From: Acidobacteriota bacterium
GTDB lineage: Bacteria; Acidobacteriota; Blastocatellia; RBC074
Assembly (NCBI GenBank): GCA_040380245.1
Contig: JBEIJP010000001.1
Coordinates: 1-34,400, forward strand
Direction of reading: 5' to 3'
Length of the DNA: 34,400 bases
Of this stretch, positions 34,388 through 34,400 are shown piece by piece. Within the stretch, counting starts at the first letter, position 1. Each line of letters begins with the position of its first letter. Made by a program: the position numbers and the translations under genes. Under the pieces are notes generated by a model. That model made no database searches, was not told the DNA's origin, and was given only the letters and a program-made list of their open reading frames with translations.

Positions 34388-34400
34388 GTCAATAGTCAGC

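Noticed and set aside
34099-34395. 98-aa plus-strand ORF at the right edge.
   Set aside because: Cys/Trp/His-rich translation, codon usage unlike the other genes, and the region is full of hairpins and short repeats. It is more likely non-coding.
1-34400. CRISPR arrays, long tandem or interspersed repeats, IS elements, integrases, toxin-antitoxin pairs, restriction-modification or other known defence genes.
   Set aside because: No regularly spaced repeats of 24 nt or more were seen, and no ORF shows transposase, integrase, nuclease or ATPase hallmark motifs. The lone methyltransferase (19292-19972) has small-molecule/protein MTase-like motifs, no adjacent nuclease, and no DNA-MTase motifs (DPPY/NPPY or PC-ENV) that I could see.

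Overview
GC-rich (by eye about 60% or more) bacterial chromosomal window. I support about 27 protein-coding genes. I recognised no rRNA, canonical tRNA, CRISPR array, transposase, integrase, reverse transcriptase or phage structural gene. The gene content suggests an Acidobacteriota-like genome, which is inference only: two tandem proteins of the VWFA-related acidobacterial type, a PEGA protein, a sortilin/BNR propeller, and many secreted or membrane proteins.

Layout, left to right:
- (-) PEGA protein and small cytochrome c
- (+) SDR reductase
- (-) pheA-aroF aromatic amino-acid operon, preceded by a long leader that contains a terminator
- (-) SanA/DUF218
- (+) extended sigma-70-family factor plus an anti-sigma with two ZAS motifs
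- (-) block of M50B peptidase, orphan prepilin, two VWFA paralogs and a 1040-aa BNR/sortilin protein
- (+) FecR-like Trp-rich membrane protein, SAM methyltransferase and a YfgM-like TPR protein
- (-) S9 peptidase, small ORF, SpoIIM-like, CPBP-like and acpS
- (+) pgeF and a TlpA-like thioredoxin
- (-) coiled-coil/GAF-like protein coupled to an Slt-type lytic transglycosylase
- an AT-richer, repeat- and hairpin-dense non-coding region at the right edge

I did not find a clear-cut novel system such as a defence island. The best candidates for something undescribed are:
1. the signalling-plus-adhesin neighbourhood at 7.0-19.1 kb;
2. the FFWF-encoding leader and terminator in front of pheA;
3. the structured non-coding region at 33.6-34.4 kb, which may be the edge of an element lying outside the window.

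All family calls come from motif recognition by eye. No searches were run.
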